This document shows positions 20,601 to 27,061 of a stretch of 64,000 bases of DNA, in pieces. The notes beneath the pieces were generated by a model that did not search any database, was not told where the DNA came from, and was given only the letters and a program-made list of their open reading frames with translations. Position 1 is the first letter of the stretch. Each line of letters begins with the position of its first letter. Origin of the DNA: Alphaproteobacteria bacterium (lineage in GTDB: Bacteria > Pseudomonadota > Alphaproteobacteria > G963923945); assembly GCA_963923945.1 (NCBI GenBank), contig OZ000551.1:1890605-1954604 (forward strand). The letters run 5' to 3'. Made by a program: the position numbers and the translations under genes.

Positions 20601-23266
20601 TCATAAACAGTATCAGAAAAATCAACGGTCCAATAGGCGGTATTGCCGGTATTGACCTCAGGTTGTGGCGCGCCGACTGCATCAACCCGCGTGATCCGGG
20701 TGATGGCCACGGTGGGCGGCGTGGCCCGCCAGGTGATGGTTACCGGTCTTGAGGCCTGGTTATCATTGCCGGCCCGATCTTTTATGACATCAGCCGCCAC
20801 ACTCAAGGTCAGATTGTTGCCGGAGCCATCCGGGGTCACCGTGATTCTGTATTCCTCATCGGCTTTGGTTACCCGCAGATTGGAGGCCGCACCGTTGGTG
20901 ACTGTCAAATCACTGGCTGTAAAACCAGGCCGTACCGGTTCATCAAATGTGACCGTCACATCAAAGGGGGCACGCACACCAACTGTAGCCGGGGCCCCGG
21001 TGATGGTCGGGGTGGGCCGCTTGGTGTCCCAAGTCACGGTGGCCGGTGCGGCGGCCAGGTTGCCGTTGCCGGCATCATCTTGGGCGACATTGGCCGCCAC
21101 CTCCAGCTCTATATCACCACCCCGGCCGGTCGCAAGTATTCGCTGTATGTACACCCTTCCCCCTGGTCTACGGCGTAGGGTGCCTCTTTTACGGCCATTT
21201 TTAACGATCAATTCATCTCTACCAAAACCGGTCACCGGCTCGGAAAAGGTGACCGACACAAAAATAAACCGGGTGCTGTTGCTGACCGCCGCCGGGTTGG
21301 TGGTGATGGTCGTGGTGGGGCTGGTGGTATCATAGATTATGGTTTCTGGCGCGGCGGCTTGGTTGCCGTTGCCGGCCGCATCTTGGGCCACATCAGCCGG
21401 GACATTCAAGGTGAGACCACCCATGCCATTCGGGGTGACACGAACCGTATAAACCTTATCCGACCCGGTAATACTGTCCACTGTGCCGTTGGTGACCGTG
21501 AAATCCGCCAACACATCATCAAAGCCGGTGACGTCTTTGTCAAACGTGACCGTCACATCAAAGGGGCCACTGGCCGCCGCCGGGGCGGTGATGCTGGTGG
21601 TGGGTTGTCTGGTGTCATAGCGCACGACCACCTCTGCGGCGGCCTCATTGCCGTTGCCTGCCCCATCTTGGGCCACATCAGCCGCCACATTCAAGGTGAG
21701 ATCAGTGGTGCCATCCGGGGCGACCCGCACCCTATAAACCGCACCCGAACCGGTGACGCGGGTTGCTCTGCCGTCGGTGACGTTGAGATCGGTTGCGCGA
21801 AAGCCGGTGACATTCTTGGAAAACGTGACCGTTACATCAAAGGGGCCATTGACCGCCGCCGGGGCGGTGATGCTGGTGGTAGGTGGATTGGCATCCCAGA
21901 TCACGGTGACCGCTGCTGAGGCCGGATTGCCGTTACCGGCATCATCTTGGGCCGCATTGGCGCGCACGCGCAGTGTGATATCTTTGCCGCTATCCGGGGT
22001 GATGGTGGCGGTATAGTCCCGCCCGGCTGTGGTGGCAACCAGGTTGGAAACCGTGCCGTTGGTGACCTCCAGATCGCTTGCATTAAAATTTCTGATCGGT
22101 TCGGAAAATGTCACCCTCACGTCAAAGGGGCTGCTGTCCCGGGCCGGGGCACCGCTGAGGGTGGCGGTGGGTGGTGTTGTGTCATAAAGCACGGTGCGCG
22201 ATACGGCCCGATTTTGGTTGCCAGCGATATCATCGACCGCGCCGGCTGGCACCTCGACAATGATATCGCCTCCGCCATTCGGGGTGATGGTGGCGATATA
22301 GTCCCGCCCGGCTGTGATGGGATTGAGGCTGGTGGCCGAACCATGGGTGACGTTGAGGTCAGCCAATTCAAAGCCGGTCACCAATTCATCGAAATTGATC
22401 TTTACGGTAAAGGAATTGGTGTTGTTGACCGCCGCCGGGATCGGGTTGGTCGGGCTCTCATCAATGATGCTCACTTGTGGCCGCACGTCATCCCAGATCA
22501 CGGTGACCGGCGTTGCGGCCAGGCTGCGATTGAATAATGTATCTGTGACCAGACCGGCCGGTATCGTCAAGGTTAGATCTTTGCCGGCTCCCCGAGTCGG
22601 GGTTACCGCGATGGTATATTTCCGATTGGGTATGTCTGTCCGCAGACGAGAAGCCATACCGAAGGTGACCTTGAAATCATTCAGAGTAAAACCCCTGACC
22701 TCTTCGTCAAATTCCACCGTCACATCAAAGGGGTTGTTCCAGGTATTGACCGCACGCCGAGAACTGGTAATCGTCGGTATTGGCCCGGTATGGTCAAGCC
22801 GATAAGTCAATTCGGCATCGGCAGGAAATGTCGGATCAATATCACGGCGGTTGGACATACCCAACAGCCCCGTCCGTCCGCGCCAGGCCAATGTGAGCGG
22901 CCCGGAAAAAGTATTCAGGGCGGTGCTCCCCCGATTATTCCTCAAGGTGAGTGTGTATTTTGTACCACTGTTTTTGATTTGGGTAAGTCTGGTACCGGCT
23001 GGTGCACCGGTTACCTCGAAATAGTTTGAGAGCGGCGGATTCAGACGTCTTGTGCGGGCATTAAAATCAAAAACAGTAGCAGAGAAATATATTTCCCATC
23101 TCACGACATTTCTGTCGGTCACTTCTGGGTCGAGTCGCTTGACATCAGTAATCGTGGTTGCAGCTAATTGAGCTTGGCTCTGCGTGGATAGCACCAAAAG
23201 TATAAAAATACTTAACAGCACCCACGCAATCGTGACTCCAATATATTGGACGACCGAAAACACCAA
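11621..23266 (-). CDS. giant autotransporter adhesin with about 30-35 bacterial Ig-like repeats and a C-terminal beta-barrel
   Basis: Sec-type signal peptide (..STQSQA); ~96-97-aa repeats (PTVTIT..PFDVTVTFSE.VTGF..VTNG..DxAGNGN); C-terminal ~500 aa of amphipathic beta strands ending in AGFNLGLRW. TTG start with an in-frame TGA just upstream. Confidence 0.9.
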   Translation of the reverse strand: MVFSVVQYIGVTIAWVLLSIFILLVLSTQSQAQLAATTITDVKRLDPEVTDRNVVRWEIYFSATVFDFNARTRRLNPPLSNYFEVTGAPAGTRLTQIKNSGTKYTLTLRNNRGSTALNTFSGPLTLAWRGRTGLLGMSNRRDIDPTFPADAELTYRLDHTGPIPTITSSRRAVNTWNNPFDVTVEFDEEVRGFTLNDFKVTFGMASRLRTDIPNRKYTIAVTPTRGAGKDLTLTIPAGLVTDTLFNRSLAATPVTVIWDDVRPQVSIIDESPTNPIPAAVNNTNSFTVKINFDELVTGFELADLNVTHGSATSLNPITAGRDYIATITPNGGGDIIVEVPAGAVDDIAGNQNRAVSRTVLYDTTPPTATLSGAPARDSSPFDVRVTFSEPIRNFNASDLEVTNGTVSNLVATTAGRDYTATITPDSGKDITLRVRANAAQDDAGNGNPASAAVTVIWDANPPTTSITAPAAVNGPFDVTVTFSKNVTGFRATDLNVTDGRATRVTGSGAVYRVRVAPDGTTDLTLNVAADVAQDGAGNGNEAAAEVVVRYDTRQPTTSITAPAAASGPFDVTVTFDKDVTGFDDVLADFTVTNGTVDSITGSDKVYTVRVTPNGMGGLTLNVPADVAQDAAGNGNQAAAPETIIYDTTSPTTTITTNPAAVSNSTRFIFVSVTFSEPVTGFGRDELIVKNGRKRGTLRRRPGGRVYIQRILATGRGGDIELEVAANVAQDDAGNGNLAAAPATVTWDTKRPTPTITGAPATVGVRAPFDVTVTFDEPVRPGFTASDLTVTNGAASNLRVTKADEEYRITVTPDGSGNNLTLSVAADVIKDRAGNDNQASRPVTITWRATPPTVAITRITRVDAVGAPQPEVNTGNTAYWTVDFSDTVYDLNATGMPIPLSTSDALNYFSVTGAPLGSNFSASKRNSRKFVFILRNLNNFSGDLTLTGPSPGLIDNMSNPIDPTLPAGAEVTYQFDNVGPTPTITGAPEAVNRASTFVVTVEFDEPVRNFGMGSLGRTGANVLRFTPISSEKYEFQITTRPGLDTVLTVPANVAVDIPHNNPSVAAIPVTVRWDVTAPGVAITSAPPVRGIPFDVTVTFSESVTGFVASDLTVTNGTPSNLRGPTPAPGGGETYTITVTPDGKGNMMLSIPANVAEDAATNRNTATRRSTTVTYDGDRPTATIIGAPAAVNNTNPFDVTVTFSEAVTGFAASDLTVTNGDATNVTAVSGTDYTVEITPDGNGPIEVRVLADAAIDDGGNGNQAAGPETIIYDTTQPTVTITGAPAAVNNTNPFNVTVTFSESVTGFGAAGLDVTNGAATNVSGSGTDYMVEITPDGGSPIEVRVKADAAQDDAGNGNQAAGPETIIYDATRPTVTITGAPGTVNNTNPFDVTVTFSESVTDFDDLTDITVTNGAATNVSGSGTDYMVEITPDGGSPIEVRVKADAAQDDAGNGNQAAGPEIIIYDATQPTVTITGAPAAINSTTSFNVTVTFDENVNDFTRSDVDVGNGRVTNFIGSGAVYRVEITPYGGADVVLSIPANAATDDAGNLSQATAGTTTVTWDVTQPTVGITAPMRVNGAFDVTVTFDKDVTGFGAAGLDVTNGAATNVSGSGTDYMVEITPDGGSPIEVRVKADAAQDDAGNGNQAAGPEIIIYDATQPTVTITGAPGTVNNTNPFDVTVRFSESVTGFGAAGLDVTNGAATNVSGSGTDYMVEITPDGGSPIEVRVKADAAQDDAGNGNQAAGPEIIIYDATQPTVTITGAPRTVNNTNPFNVTVRFSESVTGFGAAGLDVTNGAATNVSGSGTDYMVEITPDGGSPIEVRVKADAAQDDAGNGNQAAGPEIIIYDATQPTVTITGAPRTVNNTNPFNVTVRFSESVTGFGAAGLDVTNGAATNVSGSGTDYMVEITPDGGSPIEVRVKADAARDRALNGNQAAGPETIIYDATRPTVTITGAPAAAGGPFDVTVTFSEPVIDFDDLTDITVTNGDATKVTAVSRTNYTVQITPNGSGTDLTLSIAANVAEDDAGNGNQATGPETIIYDTTQPTVTITGAPAAVNNTNPFNVTVTFSESVTGFGAAGLDVTNGAATNVSGSGTDYMVEITPDGGSPIEVRVKADAAQDDAGNGNQAAGPEIIIYDATRPTVTITGAPAAVNNTNPFNVTVTFSESVTGFGAAGLDVTNGAATNVSGSGTDYTATITPDGGSPIEVRVKADAAQDDAGNGNQAAGPETIIYDTTQPTVTITGAPGTVNNTNPFDVTVRFSESVTGFGAAGLDVTNGAATNVSGSGTDYTATITPDGGSPIEVRVKADAAQDDAGNGNQAAGPEIIIYDTTQPTVTITGAPGTVNNTNPFDVTVTFSESVTGFGVAGLDVTNGAATNVSGSGTDYMVEITPDGSGTDLTLSIAANVAEDRAKNGNQATGPETIIYDATRPTVTITGAPAAVNNTNPFDVTVTFSESVTGFGAAGLDVTNGAATNVSGSGTDYMVEITPDGGSPIEVRVKADAARDRALNGNQAAGPETIIYDATRPTVTITGAPAAVNNTNPFNVTVTFSESVTGFGAAGLDVTNGAATNVSGSGTDYMVEITPDGSGADLTLSIAANVAEDRAKNGNQATGPETIIYDTTQPTVTITGAPAAVNNTNPFDVTVTFSESVTGFGAAGLDVTNGAATNVSGSGTDYMVEITPDGGSPIEVRVKADAARDRALNGNQAAGPETIIYDATRPTVTITGAPAAAGGPFDVTVTFSEPVIDFDDLTDITVTNGDATKVTAVSRTNYTVQITPNGSGTDLTLSIAANVAEDRAKNGNQATGPETIIYDATRPTVTITGAPAAVNNTNPFDVTVTFSESVTGFGAAGLDVTNGAATNVSGSGTDYMVEITPDGGSPIEVRVKADAARDRALNGNQAAGPETIIYDATRPTVTITGAPAAVNNTNPFNVTVTFSESVTGFGAAGLDVTNGAATNVSGSGTDYMVEITPDGSGADLTLSIAANVAEDRAKNGNQATGPETIIYDTTQPTVTITGAPAAVNNTNPFDVTVTFSESVTGFGAAGLDVTNGAATNVSGSGTDYMVEITPDGGSPIEVRVKADAARDRALNGNQAAGPETIIYDATRPTVTITGAPAAAGGPFDVTVTFSEPVIDFDDLTDITVTNGDATKVTAVSRTNYTVQITPNGSGTDLTLSIAANVAEDDAGNGNQAAGPKTVIWDTGRPTVSITAPAATAGPFDATVTFSKNVTGFVATDLNVTNARATRVNGSGAFYSVHITPDGSGADLTLSIAANVAEDRAKNGNQATGPKTVTWDAIQPQVTITAPDAAGGPFDVTVTFSEEVTGFAATDLDVTNGEPSDNLRPLSATDYTITVTPDGSGADLTLSVAANVAQDGARNGNQAAPPVTVTWEDNNPAVNPVAPTLNLLGSMVGIQVSDLIAIRIESDLIRGFNGQVAGHNIQPCHPDPDSTAGRCTYAALPRDVPLSSLLDGFATAKKTTQSLGSLENAGEMLAGTSSSYVATTDSGSEIALWGQGNWQRFSEIESNIDLKGQVYGFALAADYQKNNRLFGLMLSRSHSDIKYRHLDSNTGPVASQGRAIGNITALIPYASMRFWERLRGWAAFGLGWGSLRLKPEESPTRRTAVGWQMAATGLQGAVIEPSDESSFGLDVTADFLYTRTSSDAISATQSLPGYAAAVGKTNRLRFGLNNRWEHNFWSDKTLTPHAGLALRRDGGNDETGWGLEVEAGIRAADPSRGLDLSLSGHSIAVHQKHNFQNQGLRLSLTLDPSPNSQQGFSIRMQHGFGALFTEGHKQLLASQKFPNLDGTKGGSLHRWAMQTAYGYQLGWNRVDSPYLELSGSDSGMMNQIRTGYHIHAQIPYDLSFELYQQQDFKNDENSAGFNLGLRW
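13731..19500 (-). repeat. near-identical intragenic tandem repeats (288/291-bp units, with a 1158-bp four-domain higher-order duplication)
   Basis: Same sequence at 13741, 14899 and 16057 (period 1158); period 288 at 17641, 17929 and 18217. Confidence 0.95.
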
Positions 23267-23344
23267 ACTTCACCAGAAAAAATTAAAAAAAACAACGACC
23301 TACATCACAACCATTCATTCTAAAATTAAAGTATCCGAGTTTAG

Positions 23345-23374
23345 ATTGTAAGCATATTTTTAACCACGAGTCGA
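23345..23374 (-). promoter_or_regulatory. putative sigma70-type promoter of the adhesin (TCGACT-N18-TACAAT)
   Basis: Minus-strand -35/-10-like hexamers about 80 bp upstream of the TTG start and 2 bp from the heptamer tract; matched by eye only. Confidence 0.4.
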
Positions 23375-23376
23375 TT

Positions 23377-23495
23377 TAGGCTCTAGGCTCTAGGCTCTAG
23401 GCTCTAGGCTCTAGGCTCTAGGCTCTAGGCTCTAGGCTCTAGGCTCTAGGCTCTAGGCTCTAGGCTCTAGGCTCTAGGCTCTAGGCTCTAGGCTC
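23377..23495. repeat. perfect heptanucleotide SSR (TAGGCTC)17
   Basis: 119 bp = 17 exact copies, 110 bp upstream of the adhesin start. Confidence 0.98.
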
Positions 23496-23722
23496 CTGAT
23501 TATAAGCAATCTTTTTGGTTATACTGTGACCACAACCGACGCACTTAAAAATCATGTCTCAATCATTTTTTAGCTGAATATTTCATGAATTTTTTCCATC
23601 AATCAGGCTTGAATAGCACCTCTTGGATGGTGTTGCTCCCAATAAAAGCAACTCCTCAAATAGGGGGCCGACATCACGAAAATGCAGTCATGGAGATGGC
23701 ATGATCGGGATGGCAAAAAGAC

Positions 23723-23758
23723 AATGACAATCCAAGAATGACAATCCAAGAATGACAA
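23723..23758. repeat. 14-bp tandem repeat AATGACAATCCAAG, about 2.5 copies
   Basis: Read directly. Confidence 0.8.
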
Positions 23759-23947
23759 CCCGGTGATGAAATCACCAGTCCCGGATGCCCAAGATTGATG
23801 ATATGCCGCTACAGAGTGTCGATCATGACCATATGATGATGATCGGTCGCATCATGATTGAGCCGATGACATTATTCTCATATGATGAGTCGACGATGAT
23901 ATCTTCAGTATCATGTCTCTGGTATGGTGAATCCTTTCACCAAGAAT

Positions 23948-24474
23948 GATGCCGCATCAAACCGATGCGGTCGCGCTTCTGGTTGATATCATGGGTTCTG
24001 TCATCGTGGGTTGACGGCGCAGGGAGCCAGCGCGTCCCTCTACCGGTATCATCAACCGCCTGATCAGGAATTGATGCCGCATGAAACCGATGCGGTTGCG
24101 CTTCTGGTTGATATCATGGGTTCTGTCATCGCGGGTTGACGGCACAGAGAGCCAGCGCGTCCCTGCACCGGTATCACCAACCGCCTGATGAAAAATTGAT
24201 GCCGCATCAAACCGATGCGGTTGCGCTTCTGGTTGATATCATGGGTTCTGTCATTGCGGGTTGAAAGCGCAGAGAGCCAGCGCGTCCCTGTACCGGTATC
24301 ATCAACCGCCTAATCAGGAATTGATGCCGCATCAAACCGATGCGGTTGCATTCTTGGTTGATATCATGGGTTCTGTCATTGCGGGTTGAAAGCGCAGAGA
24401 GCCAGCGCGTCCCTGTACCGGTATCATCAACCGCCTGATCAGGAATTGATGCCGCATCAAACCGATGCGGTTGC
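23948..24474. repeat. 125-bp tandem repeat, about 4.2 copies, with internal hairpins
   Basis: Units start at 23948, 24073, 24198, 24323 and 24448; each begins with CCGCATC-AAACC-GATGCGG (one mismatch in copy 2). Confidence 0.95.
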
Positions 24475-24596
24475 CCGCCTGCGCTGGTATGATCAATCCT
24501 ATGATCAAGTATGATGCCACCCATTGCGCCTGATTTTTTTGATTCTGAATATAATTTTACATAATTTTTATGATTTTTATGGTTTTTATGCTCATT

Positions 24597-24919
24597 ATTT
24601 TGCCACCCTAACTTTTTGCCACCATTTTAGATTTTTTGTCCCTCCTGACTTTTTAACCCCCGTATGATGCCGCTTTAGATTTTTCCATTTCAGAATTTTC
24701 GCCACCTTAACTTTTTGCCACCATTTTAGATTTTTTGTCCCCCCTGACTTTTTAACCCCCGTATGATGCCGCTTTAAATTTTTTTCCGTTTCAGACTTTT
24801 TGTCACCCTAACTTTTTGCCGCCATTTTAGATTTTTTGTCCCTCCTGACTTTTTAACCCCCGTATGATGCCGCTTTAGATTTTTCCATTTCAGACTTTTT
24901 ATTACCCCCGTATGACGCC
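24597..24919. repeat. ~100-bp AT-rich tandem repeat (about 3.3 copies) built from T-tract subrepeats
   Basis: CGTATGATGCCGC at 24661, 24760 and 24861, with a partial copy near 24909; internal TTTTTGCCACC-like submotifs. Confidence 0.9.
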
Positions 24920-25287
24920 ACTATAAAGCCATTATGACACGGAATCATGATGTTACTCTCATGATGTCACCCCGTATTATGCCCATTATTTTGCCACGCC
25001 GATGATGATGCGATGATCTTTTTTCAAAACAGCTTCACCCTCAAAAAAAGTTCATAATATCCATGATGATGCAATGATCTTACTTCAAAAATCTTTCTTC
25101 AAAACAACCTCATTCTTAAAAAGAAAAAATAAATTCAACCAGAAGTTGTATATAAAGAACGAAAATAGAATACAGGAGTGAAAACAAGAATAAAATATGT
25201 ATAAAATGAGTAACCCATATTGACAGATGATCACTGATTGACGAATAATTTCTATCCGACATTCTTCACCCATATTATGGTCCTCTT

Positions 25288-26157
25288 ATGTCTAAAATGT
25301 TTTTTTTATGTTCTTTCTTTTTCTGGGCCCTGGTTCTCACAATTATGCCTGTGATGATGGCACCGGTTGCGGCCAATGAGGTGATTGGTGAAGTCAAGAC
25401 CATCAATACCAAAATCAACGCGCTGCCGCTGGCCTTTTCCGCTCAAGATCCCTTCTCGGACCAAGACCCCTTACTCGATAAAATTCAACGTCCCTTATAT
25501 CCAGATACCGGGGTTTTTGTCGGTGATCGTCTGCAGGTGCCGCCGGAAGGACGGTTGAGTATTCGCCTGCTGGATGGCAGTCAGATCACCCTCGGGGCTG
25601 AGAGTGATGTAATGCTTGAAGAATTTATTTATTCTGAACTTAACCAAGTTGGCTCTGTTCAACTAAAGCTTGTAAAAGGAAGCATCCATTTCAATACCGG
25701 TGGCATTCGGCGGGCGCCCAATTTTCCAGTTTTTCTGGCCACATCTCTGGCCACCATCAGGATACAGGCTGCCACGATGTGGGCCTCCCTCACCGATGGC
25801 GGGTTGACCATCGGTATGTTGGAGGGGTTGCCTCTCTTGGTTGAAACCGATGGCGGGCGGGTGACTTTGGAAAAACCGGGTGAAGTCACCCAAATTACCG
25901 ATAAAGCCTCGCCGCCCTCAGAACCCTATCCAATGGGAGGGCAACAAATGGCCACCATCATCGGTAACGTAATTGATCCAGAAATCTTGATTGCCTTGGT
26001 TGGCCCTGACGTAGAACCCCCACCAACAGCCTCACCAGACCCAAATGCCGATTTTCGACCACAGCCGCGCACCGCCCGACAGGTCCCAGCCCCAGACAGC
26101 CGACCAATGACCCGACCCGGCGCACCGCAATCTTTGTCGCCAGATGCCGGTCCTTAA
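25288..26157 (+). CDS. secreted FecR-domain protein with a Pro-rich tail
   Basis: Signal peptide (..APVAA); FecR-like segment GDRLQVPPEGRLSIRLLDGSQITLGAESDV..LKLVKGSIHF..TSLATIRI. Confidence 0.75.
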   Translation: MSKMFFLCSFFFWALVLTIMPVMMAPVAANEVIGEVKTINTKINALPLAFSAQDPFSDQDPLLDKIQRPLYPDTGVFVGDRLQVPPEGRLSIRLLDGSQITLGAESDVMLEEFIYSELNQVGSVQLKLVKGSIHFNTGGIRRAPNFPVFLATSLATIRIQAATMWASLTDGGLTIGMLEGLPLLVETDGGRVTLEKPGEVTQITDKASPPSEPYPMGGQQMATIIGNVIDPEILIALVGPDVEPPPTASPDPNADFRPQPRTARQVPAPDSRPMTRPGAPQSLSPDAGP

Positions 26158-26471
26158 TCAGTTCTTCTTTTTACTTGTTGTGTTCAGTTGCGTTGGCGCA
26201 AACAATCACAATAACCAGTCTCTCTTACGACCAGCCAACGCGACAATGCCGAGTCCAAAAGACAAAATATCTTGAAATGCCAAAAATTAAAGGGCCCGCA
26301 CAATTAAATTTTAAATTTATAGGTTAGATGATTTTACAGGTTAGATGATCTCACTATGTTCATTTATTATAGACCACCAAAAAAGACATAAAGAAAAAGG
26401 CAACGAGCTGTTAAGAAAAGATTTTTCTGTTGTTTGACCTTCCTCATGAAATTGATCATAGTGAGAATATA

Positions 26472-26831
26472 ATGCAAATGGTTGCCTTTGATACCCATCG
26501 CTTTGTCAAAGAATTGACCAAAGCCGGGATGCCAGAACAACAAGCTGAAGTTCTGGCCTCTGAACAATCGCGCCTGATTGAAAATGAATTGGCCACCAAG
26601 CAAGATATTGAGCAACTGCGGCTGGCCACCAAGCAGGATATTGAGCAACTGCGGGCGGACACAAAACGAGATATCGCGGAACTGCGAACCGAATTGAAGC
26701 AGGATATTGAGCAACTGCGGGCAGACACCAAGCGGGGTATCTCTGAGGCTAAAACTGAAATCCTTAAATGGATGTTCGGGGCTTTGCTGGGCCAGACCGC
26801 CATTCTGGCCGCTTTGATCAAATTGCTCTAA
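26472..26831 (+). CDS. DUF1640/CCDC90-family coiled-coil membrane-anchored protein
   Basis: FDTHRFVKELTKAGMPEQQAE head, LATKQDI neck, KQDIEQLR repeats, C-terminal LKWMFG..LIKLL anchor. Confidence 0.85.
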   Translation: MQMVAFDTHRFVKELTKAGMPEQQAEVLASEQSRLIENELATKQDIEQLRLATKQDIEQLRADTKRDIAELRTELKQDIEQLRADTKRGISEAKTEILKWMFGALLGQTAILAALIKLL

Positions 26832-27061
26832 AGCCCAGTTTTTCCGATCTAAAAAGAAAAAGGAAGAAAGGGAAAGGGTGGCGATATTTGTATTGCTTCT
26901 AAAAGAGTCTCATACCCCCGCATGGGCTGGTTTATTGGTATCTTTCCTGTATTGGTTTTCGGACGGCCTCTTGAATAGGCACGGCCTTTAAGCGTGCTTA
27001 CTTCTTGACTATGCGGGTCTCTTGATATGCATTTCCTTGGCTAAAGATTCATCATCATATC

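Noticed and set aside
11877-23029. Long + strand ORFs (up to 444 aa) inside the adhesin
   Set aside because: Antisense shadows of a GC-rich repetitive gene; they repeat with the same periods.
24181-24225. Hammerhead ribozyme (CTGATGA in one 125-bp unit)
   Set aside because: CTGATGA occurs in only one copy (others are CTGATCA or CTAATCA), and I could not build the three-stem core with GAAA.
23957-24524. Short - strand ORFs within the 125-bp array
   Set aside because: The period is not a multiple of 3 and the peptides are frame-rotated repeats with no family resemblance.
23948-24919. CRISPR array (palindromic repeats at regular spacing)
   Set aside because: The whole 125-bp and ~100-bp units repeat, so there are no unique spacers, and no cas genes occur in the window.
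11621-25287. Diversity-generating retroelement or invertase shufflon acting on the adhesin
   Set aside because: No reverse transcriptase or recombinase nearby, no template/variable pair with adenine-specific differences seen, and all repeats are direct.
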